A stretch of DNA of 32,000 nucleotides from an uncultured Opitutales bacterium (GCA_934660865.1 CAKUIA010000020.1:14619-46618); one strand, 5' to 3'; shown: positions 7,301 to 15,405, counted from the first letter of the stretch. The notes: a model not told the origin generated them from the letters alone. Translations and numbers: made by a program.

Positions 7301-10018
7301 ATTGCCTGAATGAGGCACCATAGCCTCTGCATCGTAGTCTAACCTAATTTGACTAAGACTTACGGTTTCACTTGCAAAGCCGTCGTTGCTAGTGCCCAAA
7401 GCGTCGCTTGTATTGAACAATACGCCGAGGAATTTGTTGTCGGCTCCTTTATAGCCTTTATCGATTTCAAATGGATCCGTTTTAAAGGCAGGGCCTCTGT
7501 TAGTATTTGTCTCTGAACTGTCCCACATAATATTTGCATGCGCCCTTTCGGCGTGTAAAATATCTATGAAGAAACCGCCCATTTTGTTGCTGGAAATGCC
7601 CTCGGTTAGACACCAATCGTTTGGGTGCGATTTTTGCGCCCTGTAAAAGTTGCCCGCATACCCCGCAGCGTTGTTAAACTTAAGATTATAGGGCACAGAT
7701 TCTTTTAAAGAATATATTTTCGCCTGCCCCGGCTGCAACTCGCTAGAGTTTACCAAAAAGCGGAAGTTTACATCGTAGCCGTTGCCGTTGTCTACAATGG
7801 TGGCGTTGTTCACCCTACTTGTACTCATATAGCTCATAGAGCCGCGGCTAGACAAGGCCCTTTGCCCTACCCTTGCAATGGAGGTTTTTACATCGTTTAA
7901 ATAGAGCCTTCTAAAATAGAAAGAATCTCTGGTTAATACTTTAAACGATATATTCGCTGTTTTTGTAGTTTTCCCTCCTTCAGAATTGGGAACTTCATAT
8001 TCAAATGATAAAGACCTAGGTTCATAGAAACGTATTAGACCGCCATTCGTTGGATCGTTAGGAATATCACTATCGTATTTAAAGGTATCTTCCCAAGTCC
8101 ATGGGCCGTAGCCGAAATACGATTTATTCACGGTAGCGTCATTTTCTATCGTGACACCATTAGAAGAAGATCGAGGATTACGCCCCTCAAGAGCGGGAGG
8201 AACATAGCGATAGTGATTTAAAGCCCCACTATCGTATCCAGGCAAGGTCTTGTCGCCGCTGTTTGTAGTACCATTAATTTTTGAATTTATAATCGGGCGC
8301 GTGATTCTTTCGGTTCTGTAATCGCGTATGCACTGGAATACGTTGGTGCCTTTTAGATATCCTATAGCAACCCTTGAAGACGACAAAAAGCTTGAGTTTG
8401 CCGCACCTATTTGGAAAGCGTAAAAGTTTGCTTCTATCTTTGCGTCGTACGGGTTCCAAAGAACTACAATAGGAATGTAGTAGATTCTAACACCGTAATC
8501 GCCGTCGCTGTAATCCGTCAAAGCGGGAACAACCAACAGCTGGAAGTGCTGAAGCACGGGGCTTAGCCCTGTTGTAGTGTCGGTCTTTACCTTAACTTTG
8601 TTGTCGTACGAAGCGTTTGTACCCGTGCCCGTTTGGTCTACACGGGTGTTGTAGTAGCTGCGCAAAGAATCCCACAAAGGGCCGCCTGGGTCTTTATGCT
8701 GGCGCGCATAGCCGTATGTTTGCGTGTTGCCCGTATTGTAGTTTAGACCTCTGTAGTTAAGGTTAATGTCGTCGGCAGCCTGCGGGCCGAACATGTGGCC
8801 TGCGCCGTTTAGCTTGTTCTTTTGAAACTGGTTATATTCGCCCTGACGGTTGTGGAAATATGCGTCGTAGCCCTCTACACCGTAAGGACGCTCGAAATAG
8901 TTTGGGTTATAGGGGTCGTTATTAATGCGAAGCAGGCCAACGCTAAGGTCTTTTTTAAGGCCGCCTGCCCTTGTGTTTACCAAAAGCCCCTTTGTGCCGA
9001 AAGTTATGCTGTTAAAGAAAATCTTGCCCAAGCCTATGTTCGACGACGATTCGCTTAGCAAATCCAGCTGGGAAAGCTCGCCAACCTTTTTAAGCAGGTT
9101 GCGGTCGTCGCGGTTGTCCATATTAAAATTGAAGGCCTCCATTCTGGAATTCGGAATGGTTAACGCCGCCAAGCCCGAATTGTAGGGCATTTGCTGAAGC
9201 CTTATGCGGTTTTGGCCGCTGCTTGCGTCGGAATATTCGTCGTACGAGGCAACCGCGTCGGCCGAGGCCTTTTGCGATTCGTCGGAAACCCACCAGGCTA
9301 TTCTTGTTTCGTAGGGCGAAGCCGTTGTTCTTGCGGGATTTTCGGGTATGGTTACAAGGGGAACTTTTACGCGCATAGTTTGCGTGTCGAACGAGCCGTT
9401 CTCGTCGGTATACGAGTTTTTGCGAACCATGTTTATGTAGTTGTCGGTAAGGTCGTTGGTGGGCAAATGCTTTAGGGTTTCAGACCTGTCGCGTATTATG
9501 TTGTTGCCCGAAACCAAAAAGGTTATGGCCCCGCGCATTACGTCGTCGGAATAGTCTATGCGGCTTTGGTCGGGCCCGCGCCACAGTGGGTGCTTGCCCG
9601 GGGTGGAATTCCATACGCCAACCCAAAGCGGATTTGCAATGCCGTCTATGCGCTTGGCGCTTTGTCTGGAAAAATTGGGGTTTGCATTCCACCAATCGTA
9701 GTTTTTGTCGCTTTCTAAATCGTCAAAAACCGAGTCTAAACTTTGGTCTAAAATTGCGGCGTTGGCGGTTATTCTTTGGTCGGGGCCCAAAGTTTTTTGT
9801 ATTTCGCCCAATGCCTGATAGGCCGCAAAGCGGGCGGCCTGCTTGGCGCGCTGGTCCAGCATGGCCTGCTTGTTTGCCTTAAGTTCTATCTGTACAATAG
9901 CCGAAAGCGTTACCACCAATAAGACGAGAAACGCCATCAACGCAAGCGCAATAATAAGCGCAAAACCCTTCCTGTTTTTTGGGGAGCGGTGTTTCAATAA
10001 AGTAAAGTGTTTTTTCAT
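4337..10018 (-). CDS. Giant (1893 aa) protein with a GspK-like minor-pseudopilin N-terminus; resembles Verru_Chthon cassette protein A as I recall that family
   Basis: This is an uninterrupted 5.7-kb ORF. The N-terminus ...NRKG|FALIIALALMAFLVLLVVTL looks like a prepilin-type cleavage site followed by a hydrophobic helix, without Glu at +5, as in GspK. RIAWWVSDESQKA and the C-terminal ITVRGDTFKIRAYGE...AWCEMVVQRYPEYVD resemble GspK-like conserved blocks. The CDS call is solid; the family assignment comes from memory of motifs only. Confidence 0.8.
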   Translation of the reverse strand: MKKHFTLLKHRSPKNRKGFALIIALALMAFLVLLVVTLSAIVQIELKANKQAMLDQRAKQAARFAAYQALGEIQKTLGPDQRITANAAILDQSLDSVFDDLESDKNYDWWNANPNFSRQSAKRIDGIANPLWVGVWNSTPGKHPLWRGPDQSRIDYSDDVMRGAITFLVSGNNIIRDRSETLKHLPTNDLTDNYINMVRKNSYTDENGSFDTQTMRVKVPLVTIPENPARTTASPYETRIAWWVSDESQKASADAVASYDEYSDASSGQNRIRLQQMPYNSGLAALTIPNSRMEAFNFNMDNRDDRNLLKKVGELSQLDLLSESSSNIGLGKIFFNSITFGTKGLLVNTRAGGLKKDLSVGLLRINNDPYNPNYFERPYGVEGYDAYFHNRQGEYNQFQKNKLNGAGHMFGPQAADDINLNYRGLNYNTGNTQTYGYARQHKDPGGPLWDSLRSYYNTRVDQTGTGTNASYDNKVKVKTDTTTGLSPVLQHFQLLVVPALTDYSDGDYGVRIYYIPIVVLWNPYDAKIEANFYAFQIGAANSSFLSSSRVAIGYLKGTNVFQCIRDYRTERITRPIINSKINGTTNSGDKTLPGYDSGALNHYRYVPPALEGRNPRSSSNGVTIENDATVNKSYFGYGPWTWEDTFKYDSDIPNDPTNGGLIRFYEPRSLSFEYEVPNSEGGKTTKTANISFKVLTRDSFYFRRLYLNDVKTSIARVGQRALSSRGSMSYMSTSRVNNATIVDNGNGYDVNFRFLVNSSELQPGQAKIYSLKESVPYNLKFNNAAGYAGNFYRAQKSHPNDWCLTEGISSNKMGGFFIDILHAERAHANIMWDSSETNTNRGPAFKTDPFEIDKGYKGADNKFLGVLFNTSDALGTSNDGFASETVSLSQIRLDYDAEAMVPHSGNQRIDVLASPYGYYRYDKYWLGSNNPMTEIPDKGKLGAFNDTLSWGIERTPLLMWNYSDDNNKVKLYEADNGTANATYNTATFQTLKRYLLNQNCWDSTGGNNITSFPFPRMNWSKDTVSWGEHPLWRYGGTGGSAIGAANMLGGANTMFGHAGLSYNVRRSGYSGIRYESNYLKGFFSQPYLQSTDNGKTNRSPYDEYLLSKIKEAVPDWNEAFADEYEFYKEFKKRAGLSNVPFDNYWFWEDFNFLFTDPRRISPSFWSTAYTTDKDNQSGGQCYDRQPQNFTPFVVSASSTAALPIKDFTGQNGNRIVMSVGVSAYRPVSTRLDGSVDWQTQYPLKYPYITNTNITGKFYGDPTNARGGSLRDSSYGPRTGQIFTGEGHGRFGRLNNMQYAAVEFSGDGTNAGSQNIYKTINVLRNLGERAQVGPNPTSTSTYDLPMRHFLRENEVVSNMAQLSSADLSFGAEVGRGGFSAWGVGVATGDILYPTYSIGNSFANMRIAPERTYDFWWCDGAQGTTASPTRNGTFQIESEYLGINYDLSWHLNDVLWDEYFFSTIPYRTEERSTRLDRNYWNPRNPRMKYVDPLGPDIQVPHLRGDVKSTVSDSRNLELDFEANAARVWINGPFNVNSTDVDAWKAVLATSFGDSVMSVESSSPKKIGKKAPFPRNGLPAKSMEFDRSTISNSAEEAMTYFRALDTEELEELALSMVENVKDRGPFYSLADFVNRTVEMRSAEVRRMHQQRVYDLNDDFYAGDALADASKINVNKDENKESFYVMQNHMQKGALQSAIDMTTINEAFFDSAYLIELGESALNSRFAKIASYDDRSANWTLAVCGSFPSASSLGQIWSNMGDPRESWENYRAVLGSSLAGSSAYLTQADILQQIGSFITVRGDTFKIRAYGEIRNPITGTIESKAWCEMVVQRYPEYVDSVANAPTDIENRDRELGTQNKTDYDTIYTELSDGNLSNKYLGRRFKVVSFRWLSEREI

Positions 10019-10042
10019 TTGCGTTTAGAATAGTGTAAATAG

Positions 10043-10531
10043 TTGCCGTTTGACAAGCAATTTTTTGCCCGTGTTTGCGTTAAACGCTTAATATTTTTTA
10101 GCCGCTCTTTAACCATGCGCAGCGGCAAAAAGCGAAACGCACCCGACAAGCCGTACAGCCAAAAAAATTGGGAAGTCTGCACTTGGCAAAAGCCCGTATA
10201 TTTGGGCAATGACGGGCGCTTCGGCGTTGTAGGGCGCCCCTGTTGCACGCGCGACGAAGCCTCGATTGCGGCGGTTGAAAGCGGCGGATTTTTGGCGAAC
10301 TCGGAAAAACTAAGCCAAACCCGGCCAAGCGGCGAGAAAGGAACCTATGTAAAAGCCAACTGGAACAGAGTGCTGTGCGACAGTTCCGACCCCGCAACGG
10401 TTAAGCTCGACTACATTTTCGTTTCGAAGCCCGTAAAGGTGCTTTCGTGCAGTGTTTTGGCCGACAATCGAAAGGGGCATTATCCGTCCGACCACAGGCC
10501 GATTATGGCGGTTGTTAAAATCTTAAAATAG
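10043..10531 (+). pseudogene. Probable 5'-truncated remnant of an endonuclease/exonuclease/phosphatase (EEP) family gene
   Basis: Only the C-terminal part looks EEP-like: VKLDYIFVSKPVKVLSCSVLADNRKGHYPSDHRPIMAVVKI, with the SDH.P motif. The upstream 100 codons lack the usual catalytic blocks such as GDFN. The ORF begins 25 nt from the giant gene start. Confidence 0.45.
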
Positions 10532-10588
10532 AATCTAATTGGGCGACTTTTTAGATAAACCCCAAAGAGAGCGGGGGTTCAGCCAAAA

Positions 10589-10624
10589 GGGGCTTAAAAA
10601 ACTGTTTGCACTAAGCCCCGTTTT
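10589..10624 (+). terminator. Hairpin plus T run between the EEP remnant and folA
   Basis: GGGGCTTA (10589-10596) pairs with TAAGCCCC (10612-10619) and is followed by GTTTT. A second, weaker hairpin AACCCC...GGGGGTT lies at about 10558-10579. Confidence 0.5.
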
Positions 10625-10644
10625 GCGCCATAAAGCGTGCCCAT

Positions 10645-11118
10645 ATGAAATACAAAGCAATAGCGGCCGCCGACGAAAACATGCTTATAGGCAACGGACT
10701 TGAGATTCCGTGGCACATAGCCGACGACTTTAAGCACTTTAAAAGCACCACAATGGGCGGCGTAATTTTGTTCGGCAAAAACACATGGCTAAGCTTGGGC
10801 AAACGCCCGCTAAAAGGCAGGCTAAACGCGGTTTTAAGCCGTTCTTTAACCGAAACGCCCCCCGAAAACGCAATGTATTTTAAAAGCAAGGCCGATTTCG
10901 ACAAATATTTTGAAAACGACCCGCGCGATGTGTGGATTTGCGGCGGAGCGAATATTTACAAGCAGTTTTTGCCCGACTGTTCCGAAATTATTTTAAGCAA
11001 AATAAAGGGCAAATTTAATGGCGACACGTTTTTTCCCGATATATCGAAAAGCTTTGCGCAAAGCGAAATTTTGCTGGAACACCCGCAGTTTACCGTCGTA
11101 AGACTTAAACGCATTTAG
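10645..11118 (+). CDS. folA: Dihydrofolate reductase
   Basis: 157 aa. MKYKAIAAADENMLIGNGLEIPWHIADDFKHFKSTTMGGVILFGKNTWLSLGKRPLKGRLNAVLSRS follows the DHFR pattern: IG...(L/I)PW, F+..T, G+.T..S(L/I) and PL.gR.N.VLSR. Confidence 0.9.
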   Translation: MKYKAIAAADENMLIGNGLEIPWHIADDFKHFKSTTMGGVILFGKNTWLSLGKRPLKGRLNAVLSRSLTETPPENAMYFKSKADFDKYFENDPRDVWICGGANIYKQFLPDCSEIILSKIKGKFNGDTFFPDISKSFAQSEILLEHPQFTVVRLKRI

Positions 11119-11300
11119 CGCAAAGCCCTTGCGGCGCAAAATGCCGCGCTTTTTGCGGGGTTTTGCCGCAACGGTTAAAAATTTATTAAATTTTCAAAAT
11201 ATTTGTAATAAAAAGCTTGCATTTTGCAACTTAGCACAGACAATACACTCTTTTATATAAAACAGGTATACCAAATATACTTTCATTGAAAGGATAAAAA

Positions 11301-11705
11301 ATGCCTATCAAACACAGAACACCTAGAAGAAACGCAGTAAAGAGCGCAGAAACCAAGGCCGCCGCAAAAGCGACGACTGTTAAAAAAACCGCTGCTGCGG
11401 CAAAAAAGCCCGCAAAAGCTAAAAAATGCGATTGCACTTTGGGCGACGCAAAATTGACCATTGTTGTGGCCAAGATAGACGCCGGTTGGGGCAACAGCCT
11501 CTACATTAGGGGTCAGGGCGCGGGTCTTAGCTGGGACAAAGGCGTGCTAATGCAGTGCGTAGGCGACCAGGAATGGATTTGGGAAAAGAAAAACGTTAAG
11601 GAAAACTTCGAATTTAAATTCCTGCTTAACGACACCGTTTGGGCCGAAGGCGAAAACATTGCAGGCCAGCCCGACGAAATCCGCACATACTACCCCAAGT
11701 TCTAG
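11301..11705 (+). CDS. Small protein with a Lys/Ala-rich histone H1-like N-terminal tail and a CBM20-like (starch/glycogen-binding) beta-sandwich domain
   Basis: 134 aa, with AGGA 8 nt upstream of the ATG. The tail is KAAAKATTVKKTAAAAKKPAKAKK. The C-terminal LTIVVAKIDAGWGNSLYIRGQGAGLSWDKG...WIW...FEFKFLLNDTVWAEGEN follows the CBM20 pattern G..(L/I)Y(L/I/V).G....L(G/S).W ... W ... (F/Y)E(F/Y)KF ... V.WE.G.N. Confidence 0.75.
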   Translation: MPIKHRTPRRNAVKSAETKAAAKATTVKKTAAAAKKPAKAKKCDCTLGDAKLTIVVAKIDAGWGNSLYIRGQGAGLSWDKGVLMQCVGDQEWIWEKKNVKENFEFKFLLNDTVWAEGENIAGQPDEIRTYYPKF

Positions 11706-11734
11706 TATCTGCACAAAATATTTACAAAAACAAA

Positions 11735-11766
11735 CCCCACGGGCTTTGCCGCCTGCGGGGTTTTTT
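11735..11766 (+). terminator. Rho-independent terminator after the CBM20-like gene
   Basis: CCCCACGGGC (11735-11744) pairs with GCCTGCGGGG (11751-11760), with one mismatch and one G-U pair. A 6-nt loop is followed by T6 at 11761-11766. Confidence 0.7.
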
Positions 11767-11881
11767 GTTTTTTAAAAATTCCCGAAAAAAATCTTTGCGC
11801 ATTAAGCTTTGCAAACTTGCGCGACAAAAATTTTTAAAGATTGCGCATTAAAGCGGCGCAAAAAAACGCCCTTAAAAAAGG

Positions 11882-13234
11882 CTACTTTTTAAACACGGCG
11901 TAGCCGGCGCCGTCGTTATCGGCGGCAGGCATAACTATGGCGCTTTCAATCAATTTTGCGCTTTTGGCAAATTCGGCAACGTTTTCGGTATTTTCAAGCG
12001 CGTCTATCGAGCACGTAGAATATACAATAACCCCGCCCTTTTTTACGAAATTAAGCGCCTTAAAAAACATCTGCCTTTGAATTTCGGCACAGTTTTGTAT
12101 GTCGGATTCGGTTAGGCGGTATCTGGCGTCGGCGCGGCGGCCAAGCACGCCCGTGTTCGAGCAGGGGGCGTCTAAAAACACAATGTCGTATTGCAAAGGC
12201 AATGCCGAATCTTCAAGTTTGGCGGCCATATCGTCTTTTAACAAGTCGAACGCAACTTGCTTTGTTTTTAAATTGGAGAACTTGCGCACCGCAAAATTGG
12301 CCTTAAGCGTTTCGAACCTTTTGTTGGGCAAATCGCAACTTACCAAAAGCGAAGCCGTGTTTTTTTCGGCATTCTTTTGGTTTAAAATATCGGCAATATA
12401 GGCGCTTTTGCCGCCGGGGGCTGCGCACAAGTCTAAAACGTTTTGCCCCGCGCAAAAGGAAACCGCATTTACGGCAAAGCTTGTAGATGGGTCTTGCGCG
12501 TAGGCGTAGCCATTTTTAAGCATAAACAAAACGTCGTTAAACCTTTGGGGCTTTACGGCGTAAAAATCGGCAAAAGGCGTCGGCAAAAAGGCGTCTTTTG
12601 CCTGCAAAAAAGCGTTGTGCGCTTCCGGCGAACGCGCCAGCCTAAAATATACCGATTTTTGGGAATGAAAATCCTTTAAAATTTTTAGCGTCTTTTCTTC
12701 GCCAAACTGCGCTTTAAAACGCTTTGCAAGCCATAGCGGCATTGAATACAACAAGGCATAATCTTCAATGTTTTTCGAATTTTTCCTTAAGGTATCCAAA
12801 TAGTCCAAAAATTTTCTTTGGGCTGCATTTACAAGTTTGGATTCGGGCACGCTAAAGAGCGCCTTTGCCGAATTTACGGAATAGTCGGCGCGCTTGCAGG
12901 CTTTATCGTATTGACAATCAACCAGTTGCGAGCACGCCATACACAGGTACGCATAAAGCTTGGCCTTAGGCTTTTTATGCAAAAAGCCGCCCAAAAAGTG
13001 TTCAGTAAGCCCTTTGTTTCGCAGAAAATCTAAAAAGATACATTGACAAACCCGCCTTTCTTCTGTGTTGTAGTGTATAGAATTATAGTGAGTTGCTATA
13101 GCCGTATCGCTTTTGCCGCCGCGGTTAATGTGGTTCATTATCAACTCCAACGCCGACAATGCGGCTTTTTCGGCGGCGCAGTTTGCTCCGTTATTAAGGG
13201 CTTTGTTCATTTTCGGTTGAGGGAAAATGTACAA
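11882..13234 (-). CDS. rsmB: 16S rRNA (cytosine-C5)-methyltransferase, NOL1/NOP2/Sun family (RsmB-like)
   Basis: 450 aa. SAM-binding motif DLCAAPGGKSAYIA, catalytic PC motif FLDAPCSNTGVLGRRADARYR and TC motif VYSTCSI. There is a NusB-like helical N-terminal region. The true start may be the Met at aa 9 (13210). Confidence 0.85.
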   Translation of the reverse strand: MYIFPQPKMNKALNNGANCAAEKAALSALELIMNHINRGGKSDTAIATHYNSIHYNTEERRVCQCIFLDFLRNKGLTEHFLGGFLHKKPKAKLYAYLCMACSQLVDCQYDKACKRADYSVNSAKALFSVPESKLVNAAQRKFLDYLDTLRKNSKNIEDYALLYSMPLWLAKRFKAQFGEEKTLKILKDFHSQKSVYFRLARSPEAHNAFLQAKDAFLPTPFADFYAVKPQRFNDVLFMLKNGYAYAQDPSTSFAVNAVSFCAGQNVLDLCAAPGGKSAYIADILNQKNAEKNTASLLVSCDLPNKRFETLKANFAVRKFSNLKTKQVAFDLLKDDMAAKLEDSALPLQYDIVFLDAPCSNTGVLGRRADARYRLTESDIQNCAEIQRQMFFKALNFVKKGGVIVYSTCSIDALENTENVAEFAKSAKLIESAIVMPAADNDGAGYAVFKK

Positions 13235-13293
13235 AATTTTCCCGATTACAACAAAAAAATTTCAAAACAAACAAAAAATCGCAGGTAAAATAT

Positions 13294-15354
13294 ATGGAAG
13301 CATCGGCAGTAGCCACAATATTGGGAAAACACCCGAATCTCCAGTCGAAAAAGGAAAAGCTGGACATTCTAAAACAGGGAACTTTCTGCATACACAACGC
13401 CTGGGGCATTGGTATGATAACGGCTCTAGACCCTGAAAGCAGCAGGGTTACTATAGACTTCGAAAACAAAAAAGGCCACTCGATGGACATAGCCTTTTGC
13501 GTGGAAAAACTCCAGATTTTGGAAGACGACAACATTATTGTGCGCAACATAAAAGACAGGGCGGCCGTTGAAGGCGAAATGAAAAACCCCGCCGAATTTG
13601 TTAAGGCCATAATTTCGAAAAAGCCCGATTTGTCGATTAGCTCGATAGAGCTTGAACAGATTTTAACGAGACTTTTCGCCGACGAAAAATCGTATAAAAA
13701 CTGGTGGAAAGTTGCCAAGAAAGACCTTGAAAGAGACCCCTCTGTAGGGTGCCCCAAAAAGAAGAACGACCCGTATTTCCTCCGCGCCGAGCTAAAGACC
13801 CCCGAAAGCGAAGCATTGGAAGAATACATGCTTTATAGAGACCCGAAAAAGAAAATAGAACTGGCCGAAAAGCTGCACGCCGTTGCCGAAAACGTAGACG
13901 AAATTGCCGAAAAGCTGCCCGTAATAAGAGACGAGCTTACCGAGGCAATCAAAAAGGCAAAGGGTTTGACACAGGCCGACAGGCTTAGGGGCATTTGGGT
14001 AAGAAACGACTTTATCCGCGACATAGAGCGCAAAAAGTATATAAAGACCGCCGAAGACAAACTTAGCCCGGAACAGGCAAAGGAAATAGAAAACGAGCTT
14101 GAAAAGGTGGAACCGCGCTCGAAAGACATTTTGGCCGAAACCCGCGAAAAGAACGAAAAAGACGGTCTTAACATTTTGGCGCGCAACCTTTGCCCCGCCT
14201 ATTACGAAAGGTTTTTGGACCTTCTTACAAGAACCTACGATTCGGAATGGAAAGACATTATAATAGACCTGCTAAAAAATTCCGAGGGCAGGTTTACAAA
14301 CGAATGCGTAAACTTCCTTATAGGCAAAGACAGGCAGCAGTCCAGCAAATTTACGGGCGAAAACATCAACCTTGAAGCGACCGCCAAAACAAAGAAAATT
14401 ACCGACGAAAACAGCTGCCAGCAGCTTGTAAAGGCGGCCTTCCAAAAATGGCTCGACGAACAGACTTTGCACGGCCCGGTAATTCTCTGGATTGCCAAGA
14501 ACAGAAGTTCCGACAAGCACAAGGCAATGCTTGCAAACCTTATAAACCACAAGCTGCTTAGCGCGCTTTTGGCCGCTATCGACGAAGAAGCCCTGCTTAG
14601 CGACTCGAACCGCAAAATAGCCCTGGCCGAAGCCCTTAGCGAAGACAAGTCCCTTGTTTTAGACCTTTTGGCCGGCCGCGTTTTGACCGCCGACGAGCTT
14701 AAGAAAAAGAAAATTTCGCGCGACGAACGCTCGGCTTCCGACGAAACCGCAAGAGACTTGGCTCAAACATTGCTGCTTAACCAGGGCTTTGAAGACCTTA
14801 CAAAAAAATCCATTTTGGCAAGGTTTATCAGGTATTCAAAAGACGTGCAGTCTCTCATATCGAGCGGGGCAAAGCAGGTGGAACGCCTCTTTGTTTCGAA
14901 ATGGAGCCTGCAGGCGCGCATGGAGGAACTCGACGACATCATCAAAAACCAGCAGCCCGCAAGCAAAAAGGCAATCGAAGCCGCACGCGAATTGGGCGAC
15001 TTGCGCGAAAACTCCGAATACAAAATGGCGCGCGAACACGACGAAGTTCTTTCGGCTCGCAGAATGGAATTGGAAAGGGATATTTCGATGGCCGAACCCA
15101 TCGACTTTTCGCAGGTTTCGACAGACCGCGTAAACATCGGCTCGGTTGTTACATTGCAAGACCCCGACGGCAAGCAGCATGTATACACAATCTTGGGCGC
15201 GTGGGATTCGGATACCGACAAAAACATATTCTCGTACAAGACGCCTATTGCCCAGGCCATGATGGAAAAGACCGTAGGCGACACATTCGAAACGAACGTG
15301 GAAGGCCACAAGACCTCCTACAAGATTTTGAAGATAGACCGCTACGTTCCCTAG
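13294..15354 (+). CDS. greA: Long-form GreA-family transcript cleavage factor (686 aa) with a large N-terminal extension
   Basis: The C-terminal 160 aa form a canonical GreA. The coiled-coil tip is AARELGDLRENSEYKMAREH, with the acidic D..E.(S/A)EY finger. The globular domain is VNIGSVVTLQDPDG...YTILGAWDSD...ISYKTPIAQAMMEKTVGDTF. The N-terminal roughly 520 aa are an extension. The first 80 aa (GTFCIHNAWGIGMITALDPESSRVTIDFENKKGHSMDIAF) look like a CarD/TRCF-type Tudor RNAP-interaction domain. Confidence 0.85.
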   Translation: MEASAVATILGKHPNLQSKKEKLDILKQGTFCIHNAWGIGMITALDPESSRVTIDFENKKGHSMDIAFCVEKLQILEDDNIIVRNIKDRAAVEGEMKNPAEFVKAIISKKPDLSISSIELEQILTRLFADEKSYKNWWKVAKKDLERDPSVGCPKKKNDPYFLRAELKTPESEALEEYMLYRDPKKKIELAEKLHAVAENVDEIAEKLPVIRDELTEAIKKAKGLTQADRLRGIWVRNDFIRDIERKKYIKTAEDKLSPEQAKEIENELEKVEPRSKDILAETREKNEKDGLNILARNLCPAYYERFLDLLTRTYDSEWKDIIIDLLKNSEGRFTNECVNFLIGKDRQQSSKFTGENINLEATAKTKKITDENSCQQLVKAAFQKWLDEQTLHGPVILWIAKNRSSDKHKAMLANLINHKLLSALLAAIDEEALLSDSNRKIALAEALSEDKSLVLDLLAGRVLTADELKKKKISRDERSASDETARDLAQTLLLNQGFEDLTKKSILARFIRYSKDVQSLISSGAKQVERLFVSKWSLQARMEELDDIIKNQQPASKKAIEAARELGDLRENSEYKMAREHDEVLSARRMELERDISMAEPIDFSQVSTDRVNIGSVVTLQDPDGKQHVYTILGAWDSDTDKNIFSYKTPIAQAMMEKTVGDTFETNVEGHKTSYKILKIDRYVP

Positions 15355-15375
15355 TTTTCAAAAAAACATTTAAAC

Positions 15376-15405
15376 AAAAAGAGCGCATTTTTATGCGCTC
15401 TTTTT
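15376..15405. terminator. Bidirectional rho-independent terminator between convergent greA and fic1
   Basis: GAGCGCAT (15381-15388) pairs with ATGCGCTC (15393-15400) around a TTTT loop. It is flanked by A5 (15376-15380) and T5 (15401-15405). Confidence 0.8.

Noticed and set aside
5081-7309. Multiple 60-170-aa plus-strand ORFs inside the giant gene (for example 5697-6200)
   Set aside because: They are antisense to an uninterrupted 5.7-kb ORF, and none has motifs or a plausible start context.
13194-13829. 211-aa minus-strand ORF; also the 182-aa, 157-aa and 137-aa minus-strand ORFs at 14235-15311
   Set aside because: They are antisense shadows of greA, serine- and phenylalanine-rich and low in complexity. 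The first would also overlap the rsmB start. The plus-strand frame carries clear GreA motifs.
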